Source of the DNA: a virus
Taxonomy: Duplodnaviria; Caudoviricetes
Length of the DNA stretch: 55,960 bases
Virus record (IMG/VR): IMGVR_UViG_3300029893_000010
Coordinates: 1-55,960 of that record
Strand: one strand, 5' to 3'
Positions within the stretch are counted from its first letter, which is position 1; every line of letters begins with the position of its first letter. The notes beneath the pieces are model-generated. The model had not been told where the DNA came from. It searched no databases and worked only from the letters and a program-made list of their open reading frames with translations. Below, one piece after another: positions 44,817 to 54,528 of this stretch. A program made the position numbers and the translations under genes.

Positions 44817-45086
44817 ATGAGTGAATTAGAAAAATTATTACAGGCTATCGAACAAGAAGTTGAGGATGGGAATCTTCCTCGCGGTTATCTTGCTAACGTT
44901 GATCGTGTGCGCGAAGAAGCCGCCCAGCGAAACACGCACCCTGATGGAAAATGGAAATGTCGTGCCTGTAAATCTGTCTGGGATGGATCGCAATTGGTTC
45001 TTGATCCGATGTCCACGGAAGTCAAGTGGACGTGTGGAGATTATTTTTGTGGCGGCTCTTGTGATCGTATTGTAATCGGCGAGTGA
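44817..45086 (+). CDS. Cassette B3 zinc-finger protein (eroded attC)
   Basis: AAGGAG RBS; decayed left arm AAGCCGCCCAGCGAAACACGCACCCTGA at about 44917-44944. Confidence 0.65.
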   Translation: MSELEKLLQAIEQEVEDGNLPRGYLANVDRVREEAAQRNTHPDGKWKCRACKSVWDGSQLVLDPMSTEVKWTCGDYFCGGSCDRIVIGE

Positions 45087-45113
45087 AGGCACAAAGCCCA
45101 GAAGAGTGATCGA

Positions 45114-45159
45114 TTTTTGAACTGGAGGTCAAGATCAACCCCGATCTCCAGTTCAAAAA
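45114..45159. terminator. Stem-loop after array B
   Basis: TTTTTGAACTGGAG / CTCCAGTTCAAAAA 14-bp inverted repeat. Confidence 0.5.
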
Positions 45160-45175
45160 TTCGTCGTCAAAATTC

Positions 45176-45204
45176 TTGACTTTTACGCGGAAAAAGCGTA
45201 GAAT
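45176..45204 (+). promoter_or_regulatory. Promoter of the replication module
   Basis: TTGACT-N17-TAGAAT. Confidence 0.65.
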
Positions 45205-45378
45205 AATTGAGTGATGGCGATAAAGCCACGCCCGCTGAGGCAGAGCGGAAATATACGAAACCAGACAGAATCACCATTTTTGATGTGTTTCTGTCAAAGT
45301 TAAGGCACTCGTACCTGGTTTCACGAGCCTGCCCCCGCCAAGACAGAGACAGAGGCACATCAAAGAAGGTGATTTTTT

Positions 45379-45573
45379 ATGTCCAAATACATCCTCAAGC
45401 GAAAAAACAAATATCTCAACGAACGCTATAAGTGGACACCGATTCCATGCCTGTTCCCATGGTGGCACTTCAAGGACATATTACCTGTGGCAATGCAGTA
45501 TAGAGACCGTCCGCTTGAGATCGGGGAGACGCAGGACGCCACACTCAAGAATACGATCTGGACAAAAGCGTAG
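45379..45573 (+). CDS. Hypothetical protein
   Basis: AAGGTG RBS. Confidence 0.5.
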   Translation: MSKYILKRKNKYLNERYKWTPIPCLFPWWHFKDILPVAMQYRDRPLEIGETQDATLKNTIWTKA

Positions 45574-45582
45574 GAGATCAAC

Positions 45583-46494
45583 ATGAGCGAAAAGAACACA
45601 AACTACACAACCGACGACGACGTGCGCGAAGCAATGGAAATGCTCGGGAGGGGATATAACACAGACCCGGTGCGGACTGAATTTGTTTCAGTTATGAGCG
45701 GTTTTACTCCCGTTCCCGATGTGATTGTTAGGGAACTTGGTTATGTTACCGCCCTTGTTTGGGGGAGGGTGTGGAGATATTGCCAGATGTCAGACGGAGT
45801 TTGCCGCGCGTCTTTGGAAAAGATTTCATCCAGTGTCGGCATGTCCGAGCGGACGATAATCAGGCACCTGGAAATCCTTTGTGACGGCGGTTATTTGTAC
45901 GACACAACGCCAGAACTGAAAAACAAACCTCATATCTACGCCGACACAGGCAAGGTGCGCGTCAGAGTTAGTGTAGAGGCTGGGGTGACAGAGAGTCAAC
46001 GTGCTATGACAGAGAGTCAACGTCAGGGTGACAGAGAGTCAGTTGAAGAAAGTATTAAGAAACAAAATAAGAAAGATTCAAAACCCGACCTTGTAGACCT
46101 CGAACTGCAAAAGAAGGCAAGGCGTGATGAATTTGAACCTGCTTTGCTTGCCTTTGAGAGGGACATGCGAACCCCTGGAAACTGGACATGGTATCCATCC
46201 AAGACTACTCAGGAACCCGAATGGCGTGCTCTACGGAACTTTATTGTCAAACTCTATGCAGAGGACGAAAAATGCTTTGAGAAATACAACACGTGGCGCA
46301 CACAGCCATACGTCAAGGGTGCCATGTCAAACCGCCAGATCAAGAACTATCCTGCCGATTTTGAGGCATCCTGGTCGGACTACGTTGCGCACTCCACGAT
46401 GTACCCGCCGAAGAGTAAGGCGGCCGAACCGATAGTCCGACGCGACCCACAACCCATCCGCGAAAGTGAGAGCGGGATACCCATCTCGTATTAG
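45583..46494 (+). CDS. Replication initiator (HTH, lambda O-like organisation)
   Basis: GFTPVPD...ASLEKI...GMSERTIIRHL HTH; internal iterons; precedes the helicase. Confidence 0.75.
   Translation: MSEKNTNYTTDDDVREAMEMLGRGYNTDPVRTEFVSVMSGFTPVPDVIVRELGYVTALVWGRVWRYCQMSDGVCRASLEKISSSVGMSERTIIRHLEILCDGGYLYDTTPELKNKPHIYADTGKVRVRVSVEAGVTESQRAMTESQRQGDRESVEESIKKQNKKDSKPDLVDLELQKKARRDEFEPALLAFERDMRTPGNWTWYPSKTTQEPEWRALRNFIVKLYAEDEKCFEKYNTWRTQPYVKGAMSNRQIKNYPADFEASWSDYVAHSTMYPPKSKAAEPIVRRDPQPIRESESGIPISY
45986..46085. repeat. Putative replication origin: three iterons plus an A-rich tract
   Basis: TGACAGAGAGTCA at 45986, 46007 and 46029, followed by an A-rich stretch. Confidence 0.75.
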
Positions 46495-46496
46495 CC

Positions 46497-47483
46497 ATGT
46501 ACACGAACACATTCAACCCTGCTCATTACGTCCTTACCGCCCGCCAGACGTGGGACAAACGCGAGGAGTTCCTTGCCTACATCCAGGCGAACCGGCACCT
46601 GGCACTCCCCTTCCACGTGGAGGGACTGCAAAAGGACATACCGCCTGTCTATCCCGGCGAATGCGCCGTCATCCTTGCCAGAGGGCACCACGGAAAATCC
46701 ACTGTCATGAAGGACATCGTCTGGAAGGCGCAGCAACTCGTTGAGGGGAGAAGCGGATACGCCGTTGCATTGGTTTCGCACGAGGATGTCGCCGAGCGCA
46801 CCGCTGGTCAAATGGCGCGACGGTACAAGTCCGAACTTGAGTATCAGGACGACCAGTTCATCCACATCGGACGCTCGTTCGGCATGAAGTCGGAACAGGT
46901 AGCCGACCTGCACATGACGAACATCATTACGGCACTTGAATACGGACAGCGCCGGTTTGGGGAGGACCTGCGTTATTCGTTGATCGCAAACGACTACATC
47001 CAGATCCAGCCTCCCGATCCATGGCGGCGAGAAATGACCAACAAGGAACAGCGCCGGTTGCAGATCGCCGATGATGTCAAACGCTGGTGTGATGTGGCTG
47101 TCCAATTCTCATCCCCTGTATACTTGGCATCCCAAGCCTTGATGAAAACTCAAAAAATGAACTATACCGAGACCATGAAGATCCCAGGGGCGGCGGACGT
47201 GGAAGAGGCGAAGGAGATATATAACTATCCCGATGTCGTTTATGCCTACTGGCAGCCGAAGCACGATTATCCGGTCTGGTCGTGGGTGGAGGATGGATCG
47301 TGGAATTTTCAGGTCCTTCCCAATCTGGCTTTTGTGCGCATCCTCAAGCGCCGTTACGCCGAGGAACTTGGATACAACGAGGTCGTTGGACGTGTGTTCC
47401 CGCTGCTCATCCAGCCCGATGGAGATTTTGTGTACGACAAGGACTATCATCAAAAGATACTCGTCAGAAAGGAAACCGAATAA
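46497..47483 (+). CDS. DnaB-like replicative helicase
   Basis: ARGHHGKST Walker A, VSHE, NDYIQ Walker B, LASQ. Confidence 0.8.
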   Translation: MYTNTFNPAHYVLTARQTWDKREEFLAYIQANRHLALPFHVEGLQKDIPPVYPGECAVILARGHHGKSTVMKDIVWKAQQLVEGRSGYAVALVSHEDVAERTAGQMARRYKSELEYQDDQFIHIGRSFGMKSEQVADLHMTNIITALEYGQRRFGEDLRYSLIANDYIQIQPPDPWRREMTNKEQRRLQIADDVKRWCDVAVQFSSPVYLASQALMKTQKMNYTETMKIPGAADVEEAKEIYNYPDVVYAYWQPKHDYPVWSWVEDGSWNFQVLPNLAFVRILKRRYAEELGYNEVVGRVFPLLIQPDGDFVYDKDYHQKILVRKETE

Positions 47484-47514
47484 TGGACATCAAGCAGAAA
47501 AGGAGAAAAAAGCG

Positions 47515-47895
47515 ATGATTATCATAAATAGAAACTCAACAAATCATAATTTCGAGAAGCAAAACCTTGTCACTCAGTTCGACAGGCGTGGGCAATACGA
47601 TGTATATAAATGCTCGCTTTGCGGTCTTTCTGGAAAGTCGCGCGACTTGGTAAATGTCGTTGTCGGAAGCAATAATAAAAAACGGGCGCACAACTGCCCG
47701 AAGGCAGGAGCGATTCGGCGCGTTCGAATTACCAAATGTCAGGCGGTTGGTAAATTGTTCGAGAACCTAAAGCCTGGAAGTTTACACGATGTAATTCCCG
47801 CTCCCGCTGGTCACGATAACTCGCGTGGCGTTTGGGTTATGGGAGTCGGTGAGCCCGTAAAGGTGCTTTTTGAAGAATTTGAATTTGTTGAATAA
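47515..47895 (+). CDS. Hypothetical protein
   Basis: AGGAG RBS; GVWVMGVGEPVK motif. Confidence 0.6.
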   Translation: MIIINRNSTNHNFEKQNLVTQFDRRGQYDVYKCSLCGLSGKSRDLVNVVVGSNNKKRAHNCPKAGAIRRVRITKCQAVGKLFENLKPGSLHDVIPAPAGHDNSRGVWVMGVGEPVKVLFEEFEFVE

Positions 47896-47910
47896 ACTGC
47901 CATAAAAATC

Positions 47911-48102
47911 ATGCACAAGACGATTGACGATTCAATTGAAAAAGCAATTTGCACGGAAATTGCGAAAAGAAGCCCGTTCTCTGTGGATCAGGTTTATTTT
48001 GCGTACAAAGCGTACAAATCTTTTGATGCGCTTATCAAGGCGGTTGATTTTTGCGCTACGATTGGGATAAGTCAGATCATTATTTTTCCAAAGGAAAATT
48101 AG
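47911..48102 (+). CDS. Hypothetical protein
   Basis: 63-aa ORF within the operon. Confidence 0.45.
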   Translation: MHKTIDDSIEKAICTEIAKRSPFSVDQVYFAYKAYKSFDALIKAVDFCATIGISQIIIFPKEN

Positions 48103-48104
48103 AC

Positions 48105-49100
48105 ATGGACATGCTACCCATTGAATTTCAGGCGCTTGCAGGGAAGGTGAGTTTTGTAAAACAGATCAACGAGAATGAATGGCATTCCTCGTGCCCGAAC
48201 TGCGGTGGAGAGATGCACCAGGATGGTTCCTACCCGGACCGTTTCATCATGTGGCGCGTCAGCCATCGCGGAACACCGTTCGGGATGTGCGTCCGAAAAT
48301 GCGGATACAAGTGGTCTCCAGAAAAAGCCGACGCCGAATGGACCCCCGAGGAACGTGCAGAATTCGCCCGCAAACAGGCGTTGATCGAGGCGGAGTGGAT
48401 GGCTGGCGAGGCGGAGCGCCTGCGGAAATTGACGGAATTGGTCGAGGCGCAATTGGTGTGGAAGCGATGTCACGAAGGCATGAGCGCCGCGGACAGGGAA
48501 TATTACGAACAAAAACGATACATCCCGCGCGAGTGGCAGGATAGTTTTATGCTCGGTGTGATGCCAGACTACACTGTCCGCAATCACCTCACGACCTACA
48601 AATCAAAGGCGTACACGGTGCCTGTGTTCGGACTGCATGGCGGGATCGAGAATATCACATTGCGCGTGGCAAATCCGATTGACTCCAATGATCGCTACCG
48701 CAGATTGTACAAGTCCAAAATGCAGCACCTCTACAACCCCGAACGCCGCAAGGCGAACAAGGTTGTTCTCATGGAAGGAGAGTTCAAGGCGCAGATCGGA
48801 TCGATCTATGGATGGCTGCCGAACGACCATGTGATCTATGGCGTGCAATCCAAGTCGCCGGAACGGCGCATCCTGAAAATGCTTGACTTTGCAGAAGTGG
48901 TCTATCTCGCCTTTGACCCGGATGCCTACATCCCCGACCCGAAGTCTGGACGGGTTGCCGTGGTGGAAGCCGCAAAACAGATCGGCATGGAACGAGCCCG
49001 ATATGTTGTCCCTCCCAAGAACCATAAATTTGACGACGCCATCATTCGTGGGTACAAATTCAGGAATGCCATAAATCTGGCAGTAAAGAGCCTGTCATGA
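48105..49100 (+). CDS. Primase (zinc finger plus TOPRIM)
   Basis: EWHSSCPNCGG...DRF...C.RKCG; LMEGEFKA; LAFDPD. Confidence 0.75.
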   Translation: MDMLPIEFQALAGKVSFVKQINENEWHSSCPNCGGEMHQDGSYPDRFIMWRVSHRGTPFGMCVRKCGYKWSPEKADAEWTPEERAEFARKQALIEAEWMAGEAERLRKLTELVEAQLVWKRCHEGMSAADREYYEQKRYIPREWQDSFMLGVMPDYTVRNHLTTYKSKAYTVPVFGLHGGIENITLRVANPIDSNDRYRRLYKSKMQHLYNPERRKANKVVLMEGEFKAQIGSIYGWLPNDHVIYGVQSKSPERRILKMLDFAEVVYLAFDPDAYIPDPKSGRVAVVEAAKQIGMERARYVVPPKNHKFDDAIIRGYKFRNAINLAVKSLS

Positions 49101-49273
49101 ACGATATGGAGGAACTTGCCGAGGAAGCAAAGCAAATCCTTGTCAACAAACGCAAGGCGTATGAAGCCGGATATTTGACGTATGAGCAATATGTTGAGTT
49201 GAGAAGCCAGACTCTACGAGATGTCGGCTATCAAATGGAAATTATTACAGAACCCACAATGGAGGAAGTATGA
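49097..49273 (+). CDS. Small hypothetical protein
   Basis: ATGA-coupled at both ends. Confidence 0.5.
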   Translation: MNDMEELAEEAKQILVNKRKAYEAGYLTYEQYVELRSQTLRDVGYQMEIITEPTMEEV

Positions 49274-49518
49274 AGGTCGTTGCAGTGTTGCCAACACAGG
49301 TGGTGCAACCCGGTGTAGAGTTCTACGCCTACTCCAGCAATTTGCAGGTTGGAGATGAGGTCAATATTTGCCGGAGCATCGGTGTGTACGTCGGAAAGCC
49401 CATCGCCCGCGGACGCGTCGTGGCGGCAGGGTCGCAGGATGCCCGCGCCAGCGTGGAGCATTCCTCCAACGGTAATGCCAGAGCGTGGGCGAATTACTGG
49501 AAAGTGAAGGTGCTGTGA
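49270..49518 (+). CDS. Hypothetical protein
   Basis: GGAGG RBS. Confidence 0.55.
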   Translation: MKVVAVLPTQVVQPGVEFYAYSSNLQVGDEVNICRSIGVYVGKPIARGRVVAAGSQDARASVEHSSNGNARAWANYWKVKVL

Positions 49519-49997
49519 TGGGAAAACTGAAAACGTCAGTAATATATCTTCCGCGCCCAGCCGCAAAATATCACGGTTGTTATCCTGCGCATTTTGAGAA
49601 AAGACTCCCGTCCATCCTTGAGACAGAAAAGTATGTCCACTTCTTCGCAGGACTATCTGTCACCGGTTTCAGGATAGATTGCAACCCGTCCACAAGACCG
49701 GATATGGTCGCTAATGTCGAAAAAACACCCATTGCCTCCGAGACGTTTGAAGGCGGAATGGCAGATCCTCCATACACGCCAGAGTTTGCGGAAAAACTGT
49801 ACGGAACCCCGTATCCAAGATGGTCTATGTGGACGCAGGAACTTGTCCGTGTGGTAAAGATTGGAGGTCGTATCGCTATTATGCAAAATTACATTGTCCC
49901 AAGACTTCCAAAATGCAGAATGGAGGAGATTATTGTCATCCTTACCAGAATCAAACAGTACCCAAAGATTGTGACTGTTCAACGGAGGATCCAATGA
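49518..49997 (+). CDS. Small amino-DNA methyltransferase (N6A/N4C)
   Basis: HFFAG, ADPPY, ELVRVVK.GG. Confidence 0.75.
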   Translation: MGKLKTSVIYLPRPAAKYHGCYPAHFEKRLPSILETEKYVHFFAGLSVTGFRIDCNPSTRPDMVANVEKTPIASETFEGGMADPPYTPEFAEKLYGTPYPRWSMWTQELVRVVKIGGRIAIMQNYIVPRLPKCRMEEIIVILTRIKQYPKIVTVQRRIQ

Positions 49998-50248
49998 ACC
50001 GTGGAACATGGCGAGAACGGGCACGTCCCGTCATCCAGCGTGTCCTGAAAGAGACAGCCGGACAGCCTGAGAATGTCATCCGCGCGGCACTTCGGGATGC
50101 CTATCCGTTCGGACCACGCGAATACTATCCCTATCAGGTCTGGCTGGACGAGATCAAGGCTCAACGCGGATCAAAGAAAAAGAAACCGCGCAAACCGAGA
50201 AATAAAAAGACCGTTCCTGCGCAGGAAAAACAACCCGTTTTGTTTTGA
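49994..50248 (+). CDS. Hypothetical protein
   Basis: GGAGG RBS; AYPFGPR..YPY..W motif. Confidence 0.65.
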   Translation: MNRGTWRERARPVIQRVLKETAGQPENVIRAALRDAYPFGPREYYPYQVWLDEIKAQRGSKKKKPRKPRNKKTVPAQEKQPVLF

Positions 50249-50262
50249 AAGGAGAATAAACC

Positions 50263-50604
50263 ATGAAACATCTGGACGCGCAAGCCATTATTGCTGCATT
50301 CCATCATCGCGTGGATTCGTTCATTTCCGGCGAGACATTCCACCGCGGCACGATCATCGGTGTCCTCAAAAAGGCCTGCCGCAATGACGCACGGTATCGT
50401 CAGGTTCTCAAGATACTCACCGGACGCACCACCTCGAAACTTCTCAACGAGGCGCAGTGGTACGCCCTGTTCCGCTTCGTGCATCCGGTCAAACCGGAAG
50501 GTGGTCACTGGCAGAGCGGACACGGGGATGATGTCCTGGACGCCTGGTGCAACACGCTGGTTCGACATGCCGACAGCCTGAACGGACAGATGGTGATGGC
50601 ATGA
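50263..50604 (+). CDS. Hypothetical protein
   Basis: AAGGAG RBS. Confidence 0.6.
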   Translation: MKHLDAQAIIAAFHHRVDSFISGETFHRGTIIGVLKKACRNDARYRQVLKILTGRTTSKLLNEAQWYALFRFVHPVKPEGGHWQSGHGDDVLDAWCNTLVRHADSLNGQMVMA

Positions 50605-51692
50605 AAACATTCGCAACCATGTTCTCAGGAGGGGAGTTGTTCGGGATCGGCGCGGAACAGGCAGGATACAAACACCTGTGGGGCATTGAATACGAGGACA
50701 AGATTGCCTCTGTCGCGCGGCTCAATGGGTTCAATGTCCTGACTGGAAGTGTTTTGGATGCCACCCTTCTGGAAGGGCTTCCTTCCCCGGAACATCTTCA
50801 TGCCTCCCCTCCCTGCCCAAACTTTTCCGTCGCAAAGACGAACAATGGCGAAACCGAACATGATATTGCATTGGCGCAAGCCGTATGCAACGCCATCCTT
50901 ACACACAAACCGGCAACATTCTCACTGGAGAACGTGCGCGGATACGTCAAATCAGAATCCTACAAAATGATCCTTGCAACCCTTGAGGGTTCCGGCTATA
51001 TGGTGGATGTGCAGGTTCTTGATGCCGCGGACTTTGGCGTCCCGCAGAACAGGATCCGCCTGTTCATGCGCGCCAGAAAAGATGGACGGGTGGTCGGTGC
51101 GTTGCCTCAACCTGTCAAATGGGTTGGATGGTACTCGGCTATTGAAGATCTTCTGGGAACGCTCCCGGAAACGGAATTCGCTCCATGGCAGATGGAACGG
51201 CTTCCGCAGGAATACCGCGAATTCCTGATCGGTCAGGGGTCTAGGTCAAGCCCAAAAGAAAAAGACGAACCCGCAGATACGGTCACTGCGAACAGCAACC
51301 AAACAGGGATGAAGGCGTTTGTTGTGAACGTGAAAGATCCACACGGAGACACACAACGCTTCACTGTCCCGGACAGTGAAGCACCGATATACACGATTCT
51401 CGCAGGTGCTACGGAAGCAAGAACAAAAGCCTTCATCGTGGACGGACAACCTACCAATTACGGAAAGACGATGACCATCCGGGATGGTCACGAGCCGATG
51501 ATGACCGTGCAATCCTCGCAGGACAAAAAACCGCTCAGAGCCTACGCAACCGGACGGGTCGTGAAGATGACCGTGCAGGCACTTGGAAGGTTCCAGACGG
51601 TGCCGGATACATACAAAGGTCTTACTACAAAGATCAACGGGAATGGCGTTCCCTGCCTTATGGCTAGGCGGATCATGGAGTCATTGATATAA
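50601..51692 (+). CDS. C5 cytosine DNA methyltransferase
   Basis: FSGG, SPPC, ENV, GVPQNRIR, RFQ, GNGV motifs. Confidence 0.9.
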   Translation: MKTFATMFSGGELFGIGAEQAGYKHLWGIEYEDKIASVARLNGFNVLTGSVLDATLLEGLPSPEHLHASPPCPNFSVAKTNNGETEHDIALAQAVCNAILTHKPATFSLENVRGYVKSESYKMILATLEGSGYMVDVQVLDAADFGVPQNRIRLFMRARKDGRVVGALPQPVKWVGWYSAIEDLLGTLPETEFAPWQMERLPQEYREFLIGQGSRSSPKEKDEPADTVTANSNQTGMKAFVVNVKDPHGDTQRFTVPDSEAPIYTILAGATEARTKAFIVDGQPTNYGKTMTIRDGHEPMMTVQSSQDKKPLRAYATGRVVKMTVQALGRFQTVPDTYKGLTTKINGNGVPCLMARRIMESLI

Positions 51693-51795
51693 ATCGCCCA
51701 GACCCCCTGTTTTTTTCGTTCTGGGGCATTCTGGAGGCGTCTCGGAAACTCATAAAAACCTTGACACGCACAAATATTCCTAGTATATACGTTTC

Positions 51796-52032
51796 ATGCC
51801 AAGAAAATTACACAAACCACGGGACGACGGAACGGAACGACGCGATGCGATCATGCAATATTTGAAGGAGCATTCCGATATGATCGCATCCGTCTCCATC
51901 CGCGAACTTGCCGACCATATCGGAACTTCCACGTCAGTCATCACGTTTCACCTGGACCGCCTGGAGCGGGAGGGAAAAATATCGCGTGAACGCGAGAAGG
52001 CACGCAGCATCCGAATTTTGGAGGAAGAATGA
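51796..52032 (+). CDS. LexA-like winged-HTH regulator
   Basis: SIRELADHIGTSTSVI.FHL..LE.EGKI.R...ARSIRI; TTGACA upstream. Confidence 0.75.
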   Translation: MPRKLHKPRDDGTERRDAIMQYLKEHSDMIASVSIRELADHIGTSTSVITFHLDRLEREGKISREREKARSIRILEEE

Positions 52033-52180
52033 GCAACGTATTGGAATATTTCATCGTCGTTCTTGCGGCTGCGTTCGTGGCGTTCCTTTTGGTTTTTGTG
52101 CGTGTCAAGATCGGATGGACGCACCTTTCCATCGTCGTCGGGAAATGGCAACTTGTCGTCTTTGATGTGAGGAAGCAGTA

Positions 52181-52489
52181 ATGCCTCCACGTTTTGCAAG
52201 AGGGAACAGGGACAAGAACGAGCCGCAGATCACCGAGGTCTTGCGCCGGATGAACGTCCGCTACGTCCTTTTACCGGAGGGCGCAGGCGCCGACATCCTG
52301 GTCTACCTCTCCCCTCTCATGCTGGTGGAGGTCAAGAACCCGAACGTGCCGAAATCGGATCAGGAACTCAGTTCGCTGGAAAAGGAGGTGCAGGAATATT
52401 GCAAAGAAAGGAACATCCCGTATCATGTCGTAAAGCAGCCGGAGGAAATGGCTGCCATTGTCAATGAATGGATCGAAAGGAATTCATAA
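52181..52489 (+). CDS. PD-(D/E)XK nuclease (VRR-NUC / resolvase-like)
   Basis: RDKNE..I...GADILV...LVEVKNP. Confidence 0.7.
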   Translation: MPPRFARGNRDKNEPQITEVLRRMNVRYVLLPEGAGADILVYLSPLMLVEVKNPNVPKSDQELSSLEKEVQEYCKERNIPYHVVKQPEEMAAIVNEWIERNS

Positions 52490-52762
52490 TGAACCAATAC
52501 AACATATACATCCTCGCTGACGGTCAACACCATCATTTGACCGTGTTGGAAGCGGAAAGCAAGGAAAAAGCGGAACAGTTGGCATACGAACTGTATCCGT
52601 CTGGAAATACATATGTCGCAAAACGCGCGGACGGGGTGGTGGAAGAATGAAAAAGATCGAAGGTTTGCTCCTGCTCGTGCTTATCATCCTGCTTCTCGTC
52701 GCCGTGATTTTTGTCCTTGGCGAAAACCCTGCTGGGCTCAAGTGCCTGGATGTGTGGTGCTT

Positions 52763-53071
52763 ATGAACGCATATCGTCAGCGCCGCCAAAAGGAGCGCCA
52801 ACAGGAACAGGAATGGGAGGCGCAATACTGGAAGGATTACGCCGCATCCGAACAACTGGACAGATTCGGGAACGCCTTGGGAGTTATCGCCATCGTTCTG
52901 CTCGTCATCGGCGTTTTTCCGGCTTTTCACTTCCTGTTCTCCGCCCCCGCCGTTACCATCTGGGACAGGCTGCATGGGCTGTGGTTTCTTCTCCCTGGAG
53001 CGATTTTTGCAACCGCAAGCCTTGCGATTTCAACGCGGTACATCGAAGGAAGCGAAGGGACGCAGTTATGA
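52763..53071 (+). CDS. Membrane protein
   Basis: Two hydrophobic segments. Confidence 0.5.
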   Translation: MNAYRQRRQKERQQEQEWEAQYWKDYAASEQLDRFGNALGVIAIVLLVIGVFPAFHFLFSAPAVTIWDRLHGLWFLLPGAIFATASLAISTRYIEGSEGTQL

Positions 53072-53159
53072 ATAAGCGCCTGATTATCATACTGGCATGG
53101 CTCGTCACGGTCGGCACCATGTTGTGCGCGACTACAATCCTACTTGAAAGAGGTGCATC

Positions 53160-53855
53160 ATGAATGATATTGAAGAACTTGAGAAACTTGTAACAGAGGA
53201 AGCCCCCGAACCGCCCCCCTCTCGATCTGAATTGACCCGCGCCAAGATCGCATATCATGCGGCCGTTGTTCTGATCGATCTTGTTACCGCCTACACGGTC
53301 GGCATGTTGACGTTCTGGTATTACGGGGTCATCTGGTTCATCGGCAATGCGGTTGTATTCTTCCTGCATCACGGCAATTGGGAGCGCCCCGAGAGCAACG
53401 ACAATCAAAGCAAGACCTCGATTGTCGGCATGATCGTTGCAGTTTCCTCGATGTTTGTTCTGGCGATCTTTTCTGGTGCAATGGCGCTGGTTGGAAACAC
53501 GAAAACCTGGGTGCAACTGACCATTGAGATCTTCTCGGTGGTTGTGTTTTTCTTCCACGCCGTCTCTTTTGCGGTTTATTATTTCCAGGATGACGAATGG
53601 AAGATCAATCGTCAAATCGCAAAGGCGAAGGCGAACGCCAGAAAGAAGGTTCAGATCGCCAAGGCGGCAGGGAAGGTCATTGAAGCCAACAAAGACGCCC
53701 TGCGTGAGCGCAATACCCAATACGGCAAACACGGACAAAAGGTCGTCGATGCCGCTCTAGCCAAGGTGGAAAATCGTCAAATTCAGCCATCCCATCAATT
53801 CGGGTCGGAAACCAAGACGCCCGAAAACCCTACCAAGGGCGGGAGTGGCAACTAG
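53160..53855 (+). CDS. Multi-TM membrane protein with basic coiled coil
   Basis: Four TM segments; GAGG RBS. Confidence 0.65.
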   Translation: MNDIEELEKLVTEEAPEPPPSRSELTRAKIAYHAAVVLIDLVTAYTVGMLTFWYYGVIWFIGNAVVFFLHHGNWERPESNDNQSKTSIVGMIVAVSSMFVLAIFSGAMALVGNTKTWVQLTIEIFSVVVFFFHAVSFAVYYFQDDEWKINRQIAKAKANARKKVQIAKAAGKVIEANKDALRERNTQYGKHGQKVVDAALAKVENRQIQPSHQFGSETKTPENPTKGGSGN

Positions 53856-53904
53856 CCCCGCCCGAAAGAGAGCCAGCCTTGAAAGAGGCTGGCGTTTTGG
53901 CTGC

Positions 53905-54528
53905 GACAACACCGACAACACTGTTGTCGGAAGTGGAATTATCACTGGAGGACGAAGAAAATGAGTACGACACCCTTATCCAAGGCTCCGACAGAGCCTA
54001 CCCAGCCATTGTCCTCCGTAGAAAAAGTCGCGGAGTCGGAGCCACCATCAAAACCATCAGCAAGTTCGGAAAATATTCCGAACTCTACAAGGACTACCAG
54101 GAAGTCATCGATGCCTACCTTGCACGGAAGCGTAAGCGACAAGAGCAGGGATCACGCATTGCTCATGAAGGCCTCATTGTTGCAACTAAAGAAGGCTGGC
54201 TTGGTGAAGTTGCTAGCAGTGTTGTCGGAGGACGGACAGGTGAAGGAAATGAAGGCGGTCTTTGACCCGAGTATATGGACAAAAAATCTGGAGTTGATCG
54301 AACATGAAGCGCACGAATCGTAGTGTTGTCAGTGTTGTCATGACTGTTGTCGGTGTTATCGTCATGGCTTGTTCCATCATGGGAACTGTTGTCGGGGATG
54401 GCGCATTGGAAAAAGAGCACGAAAAAACGCCGACAACAGTGGATTCTCCGGTGAAAAAGACCGACAACACTGTTGTCCTCGGGGATGTGAACATCCGTTC
54501 GTGCCCTTCAACCGCCTGCGGTGTTGTC
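53905..54528. repeat. Dispersed TGTTGTC/GACAACA heptamer array (12 exact copies)
   Basis: Copies at 53905, 53914, 53922, 54220, 54324, 54333, 54345, 54387, 54432, 54463, 54471 and 54522. Confidence 0.8.
53961..54323 (+). CDS. Hypothetical protein
   Basis: GGAGG RBS; overlaps the next gene. Confidence 0.45.
   Translation: MSTTPLSKAPTEPTQPLSSVEKVAESEPPSKPSASSENIPNSTRTTRKSSMPTLHGSVSDKSRDHALLMKASLLQLKKAGLVKLLAVLSEDGQVKEMKAVFDPSIWTKNLELIEHEAHES

Larger units (their letters stand above)
43620..45086 (+). mobile_element. Integron-like gene cassette array B
   Basis: attI-like site, two intact attC sites and one eroded attC. Confidence 0.85.
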
